Below, in pieces: positions 28,249 through 37,270 of a DNA stretch of 64,000 nucleotides (positions are counted from its first letter, which is position 1; each line of letters starts with the position of its first letter). The notes under the pieces were generated by a model that was given only the letters and a program-made list of their open reading frames with translations, was not told the origin of the DNA and made no database searches. The stretch comes from Myxococcota bacterium (lineage in GTDB: Bacteria > Myxococcota_A > UBA9160 > UBA6930). The stretch covers positions 2,112,001 through 2,176,000 of the forward strand of contig OZ245015.1 in NCBI GenBank assembly GCA_965223705.1, in the 5' to 3' direction. The position numbers and the translations under genes are program-made.

Positions 28249-28974
28249 ATGCTTTCGAAGCTTTGCCGGATCGTTTGCCTCGCCACCTTGCTTCTCGCTG
28301 TCGGCGAAAGCCGAGCCCAGGTTTACCAGTGGCTCGACGGCGAGGGCACACCGCACTTTTCCGACCGCCCCGAGGACGTTCCGCCGCAGTATCGCGACCA
28401 ACTCGCGAATCCCAAGGATCCTTTCTCGGACGCTCCGCCGCTGAACGTCATGCCGGGCTTGAACGGTCCGAAAGTCCCGGAAGACGGCGCAAGCGCGGCG
28501 GCGCCCGTCGCCCGACCCCAACCAACCGACTTGGGCGAGCTGGTGAAAATGGGGTGGGGCCAAATGACGCCTTCGCAAATCGCGTTGGGGATCGCGGTCG
28601 TGATCTTTCTCGTCGCTCTCGTGTGCGCGTTCGCCGCAGCCCTTCTGATGGTGGCCTGTCGGATCTGTCGCGATGAGCCGCTGCCCTTCGGTCGCGGCAT
28701 GGGCATCTCGTTCGCGCAGCTACTGGGGGGTGGCGCCGTATTCGGCCTCTTCGCGTTGGCCCTTGGCGCCGGCGCGGCGAGCCAATCCGGGAGCTTTGTC
28801 GCTAACGTCTTCCTCAGTGCGGGTATTCTGCGCGGCATGCACAGCGAGTCGTTCGGCAAGGCTCTTGTCGTGAGCCTCATGTCCCTCGTGCTGAGCACCG
28901 TCGTCGGTTTCGCACTGGGTATCGTCGCCGTGTGCGCTGGAGTCGGAACCTCGCTGGTCGGATCCATCCCTTGA
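28249..28974 (+). CDS. DUF4124-domain protein with C-terminal TM segments
   Basis: Signal peptide, QVYQWLDGEGTPHFSDRP, then about 4 TM helices. Confidence 0.75.
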   Translation: MLSKLCRIVCLATLLLAVGESRAQVYQWLDGEGTPHFSDRPEDVPPQYRDQLANPKDPFSDAPPLNVMPGLNGPKVPEDGASAAAPVARPQPTDLGELVKMGWGQMTPSQIALGIAVVIFLVALVCAFAAALLMVACRICRDEPLPFGRGMGISFAQLLGGGAVFGLFALALGAGAASQSGSFVANVFLSAGILRGMHSESFGKALVVSLMSLVLSTVVGFALGIVAVCAGVGTSLVGSIP

Positions 28975-29657
28975 AAGACCACGGTTGGTGGCCTTATCTG
29001 GCCCCGTACGGGCTGTTTCTCATCCTGGTCGAAATCGGTTCCCGTCTACCCGAGACCCTCGCCGGGGTGATGCTCGCGGTCAAGGTCGCCGTGCCAGGGG
29101 CGTTGTTCGTCTGGTTTTGGCGATCGGGCTCGTACCCCGAGTTGCGCGGGTACCGGCCGAGTGCCGCGGAGGCGGCCAGCGACGTCGGCTGGGGGATCGG
29201 CATCGCGGCGCTCTGGACGGTGCCCATTGTCATGGTGAGTGCGCTGCCAGGGCCCGAGCCGGACAGCGGCTTCGACGCCGGCGTGTTTGGATCGGACCGG
29301 GAAGTCTGGGCGTATCTCGTGCGCGGCATCGGGTTTGTGTTGGTGACGCCCTTCGTCGAGGAGCTCTTCGTCCGAAGCTTCTTGTTGCGGTTTGTCGATG
29401 TCTACAAGTCCCGCGGCGATTTCCGGGACGTTCCCATGGCCCGCTATACGCCGTGGAGTTTCTGGGTCACGGTCGCATGGTTCACGTTCAGCCACGTGCC
29501 CTGGGAATTCGGCGTCGCGTTTGCCGCGGGAATCGCTTTCAACCTACTGCTTTACCGGCGCGGTCACATCGGCGCGCCGATCCTTGCGCACATCGTCGCA
29601 AACGGCGCAATCTTTGCGGCGGTGATGGTGGGCGCGGTGCCCCGGGGATTTCTCTAG
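28971..29657 (+). CDS. CAAX prenyl protease-related (CPBP) intramembrane protease, PEP-CTERM-associated type
   Basis: Intact EExxxR (EELFVR), FxxxH (FTFSH) and HxxxN (HIVAN). TTGA overlap. Confidence 0.85.
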   Translation: MKDHGWWPYLAPYGLFLILVEIGSRLPETLAGVMLAVKVAVPGALFVWFWRSGSYPELRGYRPSAAEAASDVGWGIGIAALWTVPIVMVSALPGPEPDSGFDAGVFGSDREVWAYLVRGIGFVLVTPFVEELFVRSFLLRFVDVYKSRGDFRDVPMARYTPWSFWVTVAWFTFSHVPWEFGVAFAAGIAFNLLLYRRGHIGAPILAHIVANGAIFAAVMVGAVPRGFL

Positions 29658-29995
29658 AGACCGCCGCGGTGACCGAGACGAACGCGCATGCAGACGTGGG
29701 TCAGCTCTTCGGTCGCCTTGCGCACGGCCTCGGGGCCACCCTCGTCGCACGCGGCGGAGAGTCGGAGAGCCGATCGCTCGAGAGGGGCGTAGCCCAGGGA
29801 GCGGGCTTCCGCTGAGAGCTTTTCGCTCAGGCGCTTGAGTTCGACCGTGCGCCCGGCGGTCTCCGCGTCCTGGCATTCGTCGATTCGCTCGCCGAGCTCG
29901 AGCACGAAGGCCTGCAGACGTTCTTCGTAGTCGGGGTGATCGGCGAGAGCCGAGGTGATCGCGGGTGCCGAGCGGGACGCCATGGCGCCATTCAT
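29654..29995 (-). CDS. Hpt-like protein lacking the phospho-His
   Basis: Helical Hpt pattern: FVLELGERI...LKRLSEKLSAEARSLGYAPLERSALRL. Confidence 0.6.
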   Translation of the reverse strand: MNGAMASRSAPAITSALADHPDYEERLQAFVLELGERIDECQDAETAGRTVELKRLSEKLSAEARSLGYAPLERSALRLSAACDEGGPEAVRKATEELTHVCMRVRLGHRGGL

Positions 29996-30031
29996 CGGCC
30001 GTTTCGCTCGGCCGCTGAAGCGCTTGCGCGG

Positions 30032-31297
30032 TCAGATGGTGACGCGGTGGGGAGCGGCCAAGAGGGCGCGCGGGCGCCCGTTTACCGAGCGCACGACAAA
30101 ATCCTCGTCTCGGTGACCGGGATCGAGTCGACCGACCAAGCACAGCTTTCGCAGAAGGCGATCCTTGGCGGCGGCCACGCTCGGGTCCTGGCCCATGGGC
30201 TCCTCGCCGGCGCGTCGGAAAAAGATCTCCGCGCCGTCGCCCCGGAACCACAGGGCCACCGGGTCGGGACTGAGACGCCGCCGAGCGAGGAGGATCGCCG
30301 TCGCGAAATGCCTCCTCGCCCGCTTCGCGAACCGTTTCGGGTAGCGGATCCGGAAGAACTCGTCGTCCACATCGAGTTCGGGCGTGTCGATGGGATCACC
30401 CCGTCCGAGACGCGCCGAGAAGTCGGACGCGTGGAGCCCGTACACGACCTGGCCTTGCCACTCTCCCCACGCGACACCTCGGTAGCGACGGCCGTCGCGA
30501 CTCGATACCCGCAACACGTGAGCGGCGTCCCTCCGGGCCATACGGCGAATCTCTCGGCTAACGCCGACCCAGTGCCGGCGAGCCTCGAGGAATTCGCCCC
30601 GGCTGAACGCCCGGAGGAAATGCGCGCGATCGGTGATGCGCGCCCTCGCGAGGTAACGCTCGAACCGGGCCAGTTCTCGCCAGCGAGAACGGTCTCCGAT
30701 GCGCGCCCGGAGCTGGGCGCGTTCGAAGTCGGTGATCCAGAGCTGCCCGTCGGCGTCGAGGAGAATGTTGTTGGGTGCGAGGTCGCGCTGAAGGAGTCCG
30801 GCCTCGTACAGATCCCGGCAGAAACTCCCCAGGGCGCTGGCGAGATACGGTACGGGTTCCGCGGAGAGAAGCTCGGGGAGTTGGGCCAAGTCCCGCGCGC
30901 CGTCGAGGAAGGACACGAGGAGCCAGCAGGTGTCGAGTTGGCGGCCTTTGTAGAACTCGCCCGCCGCGATGATTTCGGGGGTCCGGATCCCTCGACGGGC
31001 GAGCTCCTCGGAGATGCGGAGCTCGCGATAGGCCTTCGAGCCGCGGACGCGCCGGGCGTAGCGGTCGGCTCCGGCATACCGGAACGTCTTGAGAACGTGG
31101 GTCGGCCGGGTTTTGTCTTGTAAGTCCAGGAAGTAAACCGACTTCTGTCGGGTGTACTTCACATTCTCGGCCCCGGCGTGGAGTTGTTTCCAGGCCGCCT
31201 CGATGACCTCGGCCGCAAGGCGCGGGTCTTGGCCGGCCCGCAACCACCAGCTCGCGTCGTGCCGACGCAAGGTCGGGCGGGGACGGAACACGCTCAT
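30032..31297 (-). CDS. LPS kinase (Kdo/WaaP/InaA family)
   Basis: VLKTF, AYRE, GIRTPEIIAAGE, RDLAPNNIL, TDFE. Confidence 0.8.
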   Translation of the reverse strand: MSVFRPRPTLRRHDASWWLRAGQDPRLAAEVIEAAWKQLHAGAENVKYTRQKSVYFLDLQDKTRPTHVLKTFRYAGADRYARRVRGSKAYRELRISEELARRGIRTPEIIAAGEFYKGRQLDTCWLLVSFLDGARDLAQLPELLSAEPVPYLASALGSFCRDLYEAGLLQRDLAPNNILLDADGQLWITDFERAQLRARIGDRSRWRELARFERYLARARITDRAHFLRAFSRGEFLEARRHWVGVSREIRRMARRDAAHVLRVSSRDGRRYRGVAWGEWQGQVVYGLHASDFSARLGRGDPIDTPELDVDDEFFRIRYPKRFAKRARRHFATAILLARRRLSPDPVALWFRGDGAEIFFRRAGEEPMGQDPSVAAAKDRLLRKLCLVGRLDPGHRDEDFVVRSVNGRPRALLAAPHRVTI

Positions 31298-31360
31298 GGC
31301 GAGAGGCTACCACGGACGCGGCGTCTTGACGGATTCCATGTCGAGGGCGAGGGTCGGTCC

Positions 31361-31642
31361 ATGGATTGCGCTTCGTGTGGTGCCTCGATCGAGCTCGCGG
31401 CGGGCGAACGAGTCGGCTTCCGGGATTCCTGCGACGCGTGCGGCACGGATCTCCACAGCTGCGTCCACTGTAGGCATCGCGACCCGGCCGCCTACAACGG
31501 TTGTCGGGAATCGTCGGCGGAGCGGGTCTCAGACCCCGAACGAGCGAATCGCTGCGACTACTTCTCCCCCGCGTCGGCAGGCGAGCTGCGACCGCAGACC
31601 GCGGCCGAAAACCCGCTCGATGCGTTGTTCAAAAAGGGATGA
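31361..31642 (+). CDS. Small Cys-rich (zinc-ribbon-like) protein
   Basis: CASC, CDAC, CVHC, and C...ANRCDYF. Confidence 0.75.
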   Translation: MDCASCGASIELAAGERVGFRDSCDACGTDLHSCVHCRHRDPAAYNGCRESSAERVSDPERANRCDYFSPASAGELRPQTAAENPLDALFKKG

Positions 31643-32355
31643 GTCGTCGAAGGAACGCCGAGTCTCCCGGGAAACACGGCTCGCGGCAGCCCCCGCCGGT
31701 CGACTACCGGGCCCGCGACACGTGGACCGTCTTCAAGATCATGGGCGAGTTCGTCGAGGGCTTCGAGACCCTGCGCCCGATCTGGCCCTCGGTCTCGATC
31801 TTTGGCAGCGCGCGGCTCCGCGAAAAGACCCGGCTCTACCGACAGACCCAGGACATCGCGCAGCGCCTTTGCGAGGCGGGTTTCTCTGTCATCACCGGCG
31901 GCGGCGGCGGTGCCATGGAGGCTGCGAACCGCGGCGCCGCCGAGGGAGGCGGTCGTTCGATCGGGCTGAACATCAAGCTTCCGTTCGAGCAAATTGCCAA
32001 CCCGTACGCCGACGTCCAGATCGATTTCGATTTCTTCTTCGCCCGCAAAGTGATGTTCGTGAAGTACGCCTGCGGCTTCGTCGGGATCCCGGGCGGCTTC
32101 GGCACGCTCGACGAGATTTTTGAGGCGCTCACGCTGATTCAGACCCGAAAGATCTCGTCGTTCCCCGTGGTGCTCTTCGGTCGGGATTTCTGGAGCGGGC
32201 TGGTCACGTGGCTCGAGGACGAGCCGCTGCGCCGACGCATGATCTCTCGGAGCGATCTGGCGCTGTTCACGGTGACCGACGACATGGACGAAGTCGTCGA
32301 GGTGATGCGCACGCACTACGAGCGCATGAAGCGGCGCTCCGGAGACACGCCCTAA
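31639..32355 (+). CDS. LOG-family Rossmann-fold protein (nucleotide phosphoribohydrolase)
   Basis: IFGSAR, TGGGGGAMEAAN, RKVMF, PGGFGTLDE. ATGA overlap. Confidence 0.92.
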   Translation: MSRRRNAESPGKHGSRQPPPVDYRARDTWTVFKIMGEFVEGFETLRPIWPSVSIFGSARLREKTRLYRQTQDIAQRLCEAGFSVITGGGGGAMEAANRGAAEGGGRSIGLNIKLPFEQIANPYADVQIDFDFFFARKVMFVKYACGFVGIPGGFGTLDEIFEALTLIQTRKISSFPVVLFGRDFWSGLVTWLEDEPLRRRMISRSDLALFTVTDDMDEVVEVMRTHYERMKRRSGDTP

Positions 32356-32405
32356 GGAGTCTCTCGAATCGGCACCACCACCGGCGACGGCCTCGCGACA
32401 CCCAG

Positions 32406-33062
32406 TTAGCTCGCGGGCCTTTCCTCGGGCCAGTGTTCCCCGACGACTCGGTCGAACTCGGGGGCGAAGGAGAGCAGGCGACTTCGCGCTCCTGTGAGAT
32501 CGTCGGCGAGGAGCGGTGTACTGATGCGCATCAAGGCGCCGTCGGCGCGCCCGTGGAGCAAGCGTCCCAGCATGCGGTCGAGGTTTTGATCGAGACCGCT
32601 GACGAGGCCGGTCGCCCGGTGGCTCCGATACCAGAAGTGAACCAACCGCCGCTCGCCCTCGCGCGTCACCTGATACTCGTTCACGCGAAGATCGCTGTCG
32701 CGGCCGACGCGAAGGACTCGACTCTCCTCGATACCCCAGCCGGCGCCGGTATAGCAGCCGCGCGGCGTGTGCTCGGGCCGACCCCCGCGGTTTGTGCCGT
32801 AGTAGCCGACGTAGGACCAAACGAGGTGCCCGGTCGCGTGTCGGAACAGACGTTGGACGTTCGCGTCCGCGTTGAGGACCGCTTCGACGGTGCCCCCGAC
32901 GGGAATCGCTTCGCTCTCCCAGCCGGGAAACTCGAGCGGGAGGGCTTCGAGGCGGCTCGCATCGACTTCGAGTGTCGGTTGCACGCCGAGGGACCATGCG
33001 GAGACACCGGCGAGCGCCAGGGCACCCACCAGCGCGAGCGTCTTCAGGGTTTCTCGGTTCAT
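32406..33062 (-). CDS. epsI: EpsI family protein (exosortase-associated)
   Basis: N-terminal TM. LPLEFPGW, YVGYY, HTPRGCYTGAGW, VHFWY, DGALMRIS. Confidence 0.85.
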   Translation of the reverse strand: MNRETLKTLALVGALALAGVSAWSLGVQPTLEVDASRLEALPLEFPGWESEAIPVGGTVEAVLNADANVQRLFRHATGHLVWSYVGYYGTNRGGRPEHTPRGCYTGAGWGIEESRVLRVGRDSDLRVNEYQVTREGERRLVHFWYRSHRATGLVSGLDQNLDRMLGRLLHGRADGALMRISTPLLADDLTGARSRLLSFAPEFDRVVGEHWPEERPAS

Positions 33063-33066
33063 CGTG

Positions 33067-33927
33067 TCAGGTTCCCCTCGGAGACGTCGGATGGGAACGG
33101 TCCCCGCTTGAGCCGCCTGCGTGTCGGAGCGAGAGGAGCGCTGCCAGGGCGATCGACAACGCCCAGGGCCCGACGAGGAGGGTTCCGCGGGCCGCGTCGG
33201 CGTCGCCTCCCGCGAGCAGCGCGACGGCGATTGCGACCAGCACCGTCTGGATGGGAAGCGCCGCCAGGGCCGCGATCCCGCAGCGCAGGCTCGCGCGCCA
33301 AAGAGCGGTCTTGCGCAGCGCGTCTCCGAGCCAGACGGCCGAGGACAAGCCGACGGCGAGGGAATAGCCCGCATCGAACGGGCTGAGCTCGAGCCGAGCG
33401 CCGTCCGCCAAGAAGAGGGGCCCGCTCGGGGCCTCGCTGGGGAGTCCCAGGGCAGCCCCGAGCCCCGAGCCGGCCGCGGCCTGGATGGACTCGAGGGCCG
33501 GGGTCCCGAGCTCGATGAGGCTGTAGGGAAGGGGGACGCACCAGAACGCGAGGCAGGCGCTCTGGAGACGCGGCCACCCCTGCCAGGCGGCCATCCCGAG
33601 GCACGCCAGGGGGATCGCCGAAGTGGCCAGACCTTCGACGCCCGCGGTCAGGGCCGCCATCTGAATGACCAAAGCGCCGGCGAGGAGCGCGGCACCCAAC
33701 GTGGTGCGTCGCTCCACCCGATCCGATCGCCACGCCGCGATCGCGAGCCAGGCCAGCGAAAGCGCGTAGATGCGCTCAGCACTCGATTCCGCGAGCGAGC
33801 GCCACCAGTGGATGAGGCTCGGCGCGAACGCAAACAGGAGCGCCAACCACAGCAGGGCGTTCCAATGGCCCGGAGCCATACGTCGGGGCGGGTCGGCGGT
33901 GTCGTCGTTCGCTCGCGTCATTCGCAA
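33067..33927 (-). CDS. Exosortase-like membrane protein without catalytic Cys/Arg/His
   Basis: About 8 TM. VPLP...ALE...LGLP...LELSPFDAGYS matches the exosortase pattern iPLP...Lq...GIp...leVa.aCSG. Lies directly upstream of epsI. Confidence 0.7.
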   Translation of the reverse strand: MRMTRANDDTADPPRRMAPGHWNALLWLALLFAFAPSLIHWWRSLAESSAERIYALSLAWLAIAAWRSDRVERRTTLGAALLAGALVIQMAALTAGVEGLATSAIPLACLGMAAWQGWPRLQSACLAFWCVPLPYSLIELGTPALESIQAAAGSGLGAALGLPSEAPSGPLFLADGARLELSPFDAGYSLAVGLSSAVWLGDALRKTALWRASLRCGIAALAALPIQTVLVAIAVALLAGGDADAARGTLLVGPWALSIALAALLSLRHAGGSSGDRSHPTSPRGT

Positions 33928-34049
33928 CGTTTGGGTCGGCGCCTCACGCTCATTCCTGGACCGGCCGAAATGAGGCTTCCGACGCCGGTGTCGCGAACCA
34001 GTATCGTAGCGGTGTGGTAAGTCGGGCCGGCCGATCGAATTAATTTCCC

Positions 34050-35189
34050 GTGGGGACTTCGGTGACTCTAGCTCTCGGCATGTTGCTCGTCTGCGCGGCG
34101 TGGGTGGCGTTTGCCTTCGTCGGCTACCCGCTCCTCATGGCGGCGCTGGCGCGCGTGTCTCCGCGATCGTCCGAACGAGCGGTCGCAACGTTCCCCTCGG
34201 TGTCGGTGATCGTCGCAGTTCACAACGGGGGCCGGCATCTGCAGAAGAAGCTCGAGAATTTACTCGAGCAACGCTACCCGGCCGAGCTCGAGATCGTGGT
34301 GACGTCTGACGGCTCCGACGACGACACGGAAGCCATCGCGCGCTCCTACGCCGGACGCGGTGTCGTACTCGTCGCGAACCCGGATCGGAAGGGGAAGGAA
34401 GCGGCCCAGGCCGCTGCGATCGAGGTCGCGCGAGGAGAAATTCTGGTCTTCACGGACGTCACCGCCGCCCTCGCAGAAGACGGGCTCGAAGCCATCACGG
34501 AGCCGTTCGGCGATCCACAAGTGGGTGCCGTGAGTAGCGAGGACCGCGTCGACTCCGCCGAAGGCGAGGGTCTCTACGTACGCTACGAGATGGCCCTGCG
34601 TCGGGCGGAGAGCGCCGCTTCGACGTTGGTGGGATTGTCGGGTTCTTGTTTTGCGGTGCGCGCGAACCTCGCGCGGCCGTGGCCTTCGGATCTGGCCAGT
34701 GATTTTCGCACCGGTCTCGAGGCCGCTCGACGGGGTTACCGCGCGATCTCCGAACCGCGGGCTCGCGCGCATTTCAGCGTCATTCAAGGCGCTGGTGCCG
34801 AATGGACTCGCAAGGTGCGAACCATTCGGCGCGGTATCGCCGTGCTCGCGGCGTATCGCGACCTTCTTCACCCGAAGTTCGGGCGCGTGGCTTTCACGCT
34901 CTGGGGGCACAAGGTCGCGCGCTTTACGGCGCCGTTCGCCATGCTCGGAGCGCTCGCTGCGCACATCACTTGGAGTCTTGGCGTCGGCGGTGTCGCGACG
35001 GCGACCTTGATGGTTCATGCGTCGGCGTACGCCCTGGGCTCGGCCGCGCTCTTCTGGGAACCGGTTGCTCGGATCGGCGTCGCGCGCCTGCTCGGCTTCT
35101 TCCTGCTCGTCAACGCGGCGACCCTCGTCGCCTGGTCGTATCACGCCACGGGTCGGCGAGCGGTCGTCTGGCAACCGACACGTCGCTGA
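34050..35189 (+). CDS. Glycosyltransferase family 2 with TM segments
   Basis: SVIVAVHN, SDGSDD, GKEAAQ, FTD. Confidence 0.9.
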   Translation: MGTSVTLALGMLLVCAAWVAFAFVGYPLLMAALARVSPRSSERAVATFPSVSVIVAVHNGGRHLQKKLENLLEQRYPAELEIVVTSDGSDDDTEAIARSYAGRGVVLVANPDRKGKEAAQAAAIEVARGEILVFTDVTAALAEDGLEAITEPFGDPQVGAVSSEDRVDSAEGEGLYVRYEMALRRAESAASTLVGLSGSCFAVRANLARPWPSDLASDFRTGLEAARRGYRAISEPRARAHFSVIQGAGAEWTRKVRTIRRGIAVLAAYRDLLHPKFGRVAFTLWGHKVARFTAPFAMLGALAAHITWSLGVGGVATATLMVHASAYALGSAALFWEPVARIGVARLLGFFLLVNAATLVAWSYHATGRRAVVWQPTRR

Positions 35190-36358
35190 TGGAATGGACA
35201 CGTCTACCGCCGCTCGACGGCTCTTTCCGCGTAGGAGCCTGGCTCGCCGAAATGCGCCGCGGGCGGCGCGAGGAGCGCCTGATCGAGTTCTTGCTGCACG
35301 CGACGGCGGCGAACGTGGTCTCCCTTCACGCTTCGGGTCGGGAAGCGCTCCGAACGATGCTCGCCTTCGTGCCGCGCCGTTCGGGCGCGGAGTCGGAGAT
35401 CCTGCTCCCCGCGTACACCTGCTTCTCGGTGGCGGCGGCGACCGTCGCCGCCGGGTTGCGGGTGCGCCTCGTCGATGTCGATCGCGACGGTCAGATCGCG
35501 CGTCAATCCTTCGCAGAGCAGAGACTCGACAATGTCGTGGGCGTCCTGGTCTCGAACTTGTTCGGTCTCCCAGAACCCATCGCGGATCTGCGGGAAAAAC
35601 TCGAACCCCTCCGCATTCCGGTCATCGACGACGCCGCCCAGAGCTTTGGTGCGAAGGATTCCGAGGGCGCCGTCGGCGCGCGCGGCGACCTCGGCCTGCT
35701 GAGTTTCGCGCGCGGAAAACCCTTGGCGGGACTGGGCGGCGGGGCCGTCGCGTGGAAGACCGTGCCCCCGGTCCGACAGCCCGCGACCGTTCCGGTAGCG
35801 TCGGGCACGTTCGGGGCGCTCTGTCGGGGCATCACCCTCGAAGTAGCGCGCCATCCGGCGGTATTCCGGTGGCTCTCGGAGGTGCCCGCCCTGAAGATCG
35901 GAGAAACACCTTTCGATCCGGGGTTTCGCCGCGGCGGCCTCGACGCCGGTTCACTGTTCGCCGTGGCCGCGAATCTCGGTCGCGTCGCCGAAGCGGCGAG
36001 CGCGCGGAGAGGGAGGGCTCGCGACCTCGGACGCGGGCTGGCATCCGAAACGGCGTTCCGTCCGCTTCTCGATGGGGACGGGAGGAGCGGCGTGTTTCCA
36101 CGCCTAGCGGTCGTGGCGCCGGATGAGGCGAGTCGCGACGGCGCGCTCGCAGGGCTCCGCGCCCTCGGCGCCAGTCGTTTCTATCCGCACAGCTTGGCCC
36201 GCATCCCTGGCTTGCAGCGCTACCTCGTGGGCGAGACCGACACGCCGGGCGCGGACGCGTTGGCGCGCCGTCTCTTCACCCTTCCGACCCACGAGCGGGT
36301 GGGGCCGGCGATCCGTGAGCAGATGATCGCGCGCCTTCGAAAGATTGAGGCCGCCTAG
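35189..36358 (+). CDS. DegT/DnrJ/EryC1/StrS family sugar aminotransferase
   Basis: LPAYTC, IDDAAQSFG, SFARGKPL..GGG, LFTLPTH. Confidence 0.85.
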   Translation: MEWTRLPPLDGSFRVGAWLAEMRRGRREERLIEFLLHATAANVVSLHASGREALRTMLAFVPRRSGAESEILLPAYTCFSVAAATVAAGLRVRLVDVDRDGQIARQSFAEQRLDNVVGVLVSNLFGLPEPIADLREKLEPLRIPVIDDAAQSFGAKDSEGAVGARGDLGLLSFARGKPLAGLGGGAVAWKTVPPVRQPATVPVASGTFGALCRGITLEVARHPAVFRWLSEVPALKIGETPFDPGFRRGGLDAGSLFAVAANLGRVAEAASARRGRARDLGRGLASETAFRPLLDGDGRSGVFPRLAVVAPDEASRDGALAGLRALGASRFYPHSLARIPGLQRYLVGETDTPGADALARRLFTLPTHERVGPAIREQMIARLRKIEAA

Positions 36359-37130
36359 GAACGAACCAGGGCCGGCCGTGCAGCCGGCGGATGCGCAAGG
36401 TATCGCGCAGCATCCGTGTCGTATCCCGCACCAGACGGAGCTTCGAGCCCGGTACCTCCGTCCAGGCGATCGGAAGTTCTGTCACCGAGTAGCCGCGACG
36501 CCGCGCGAGAACGAGGAACTCGACGTCGAACGCGTACCCAGACAGCTGGAGCTCCGGGAAGAGCGTCTTCGCGATATCGCGGCGGATGAGTTTGAAGCCG
36601 CACTGCGAGTCGCGTATCCCGGGAAGTAGCCAGCGAGATACCAGCCACGCGTAGATGCGACCCATCAGGGCGCGGGCCGTGCTGCGCGCGACGAGGCCTC
36701 CGCCGGCATAGCGCGAACCGATCACGATGGCTTCGCCGTTGCGCGCGCGCTCGAGAAAAGCGTCGAGCTCTTCGATGGGAGCGGCGGCGTCGGCGTCGTA
36801 CAAGAGGATGAAGCGGCCCGCCGCGTGGGCCACGCCGGTCGCGATGGCAGCGCCTTTTCCCCGGTTCTCGCTGAATCCAACCAGGTGCAGGTCGCGCATC
36901 TCGTGGAGACGCTCGGTTACGCATTCTTGTGTGGCGTCGCGACTGCCGTCGTCCACGACGATGATCTCGCCGCGCAGCCCGCGGTCGGCAAAATGTGCGG
37001 CGAGTCGATCGAGCGTCGGCCCCAGCCGCCGCTCTTCCTGGAATGCCGGGATCACCACACTGACCTCGGGTGTTCTACCCGCCAGCCATTCGGGTGTTCC
37101 GGACGCGCGCTCCCCGGTCCCCCTGCCCAT
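36276..37130 (-). CDS. Polyprenyl-phosphate glycosyltransferase (DPG synthase-like GT2)
   Basis: VVIPAFQEE, VDDGSRD, DAD, DSQCGFK, FDVEFL. Confidence 0.88.
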   Translation of the reverse strand: MGRGTGERASGTPEWLAGRTPEVSVVIPAFQEERRLGPTLDRLAAHFADRGLRGEIIVVDDGSRDATQECVTERLHEMRDLHLVGFSENRGKGAAIATGVAHAAGRFILLYDADAAAPIEELDAFLERARNGEAIVIGSRYAGGGLVARSTARALMGRIYAWLVSRWLLPGIRDSQCGFKLIRRDIAKTLFPELQLSGYAFDVEFLVLARRRGYSVTELPIAWTEVPGSKLRLVRDTTRMLRDTLRIRRLHGRPWFVPRRPQSFEGARSSAHGSPAPPARGSEG

Positions 37131-37270
37131 CTGCGAAGAGCATGACGAGCGGTTCGGATCTCGCCAGGCCGCGCTAACTCAGAGGGGTCGAATCGCCGAA
37201 AAGTCGAAAGGCCTGCTTTACTTTTTCGGTGTGATTTGAACACTCCCGCGACGCCTTGGAAGGAGCCCAG

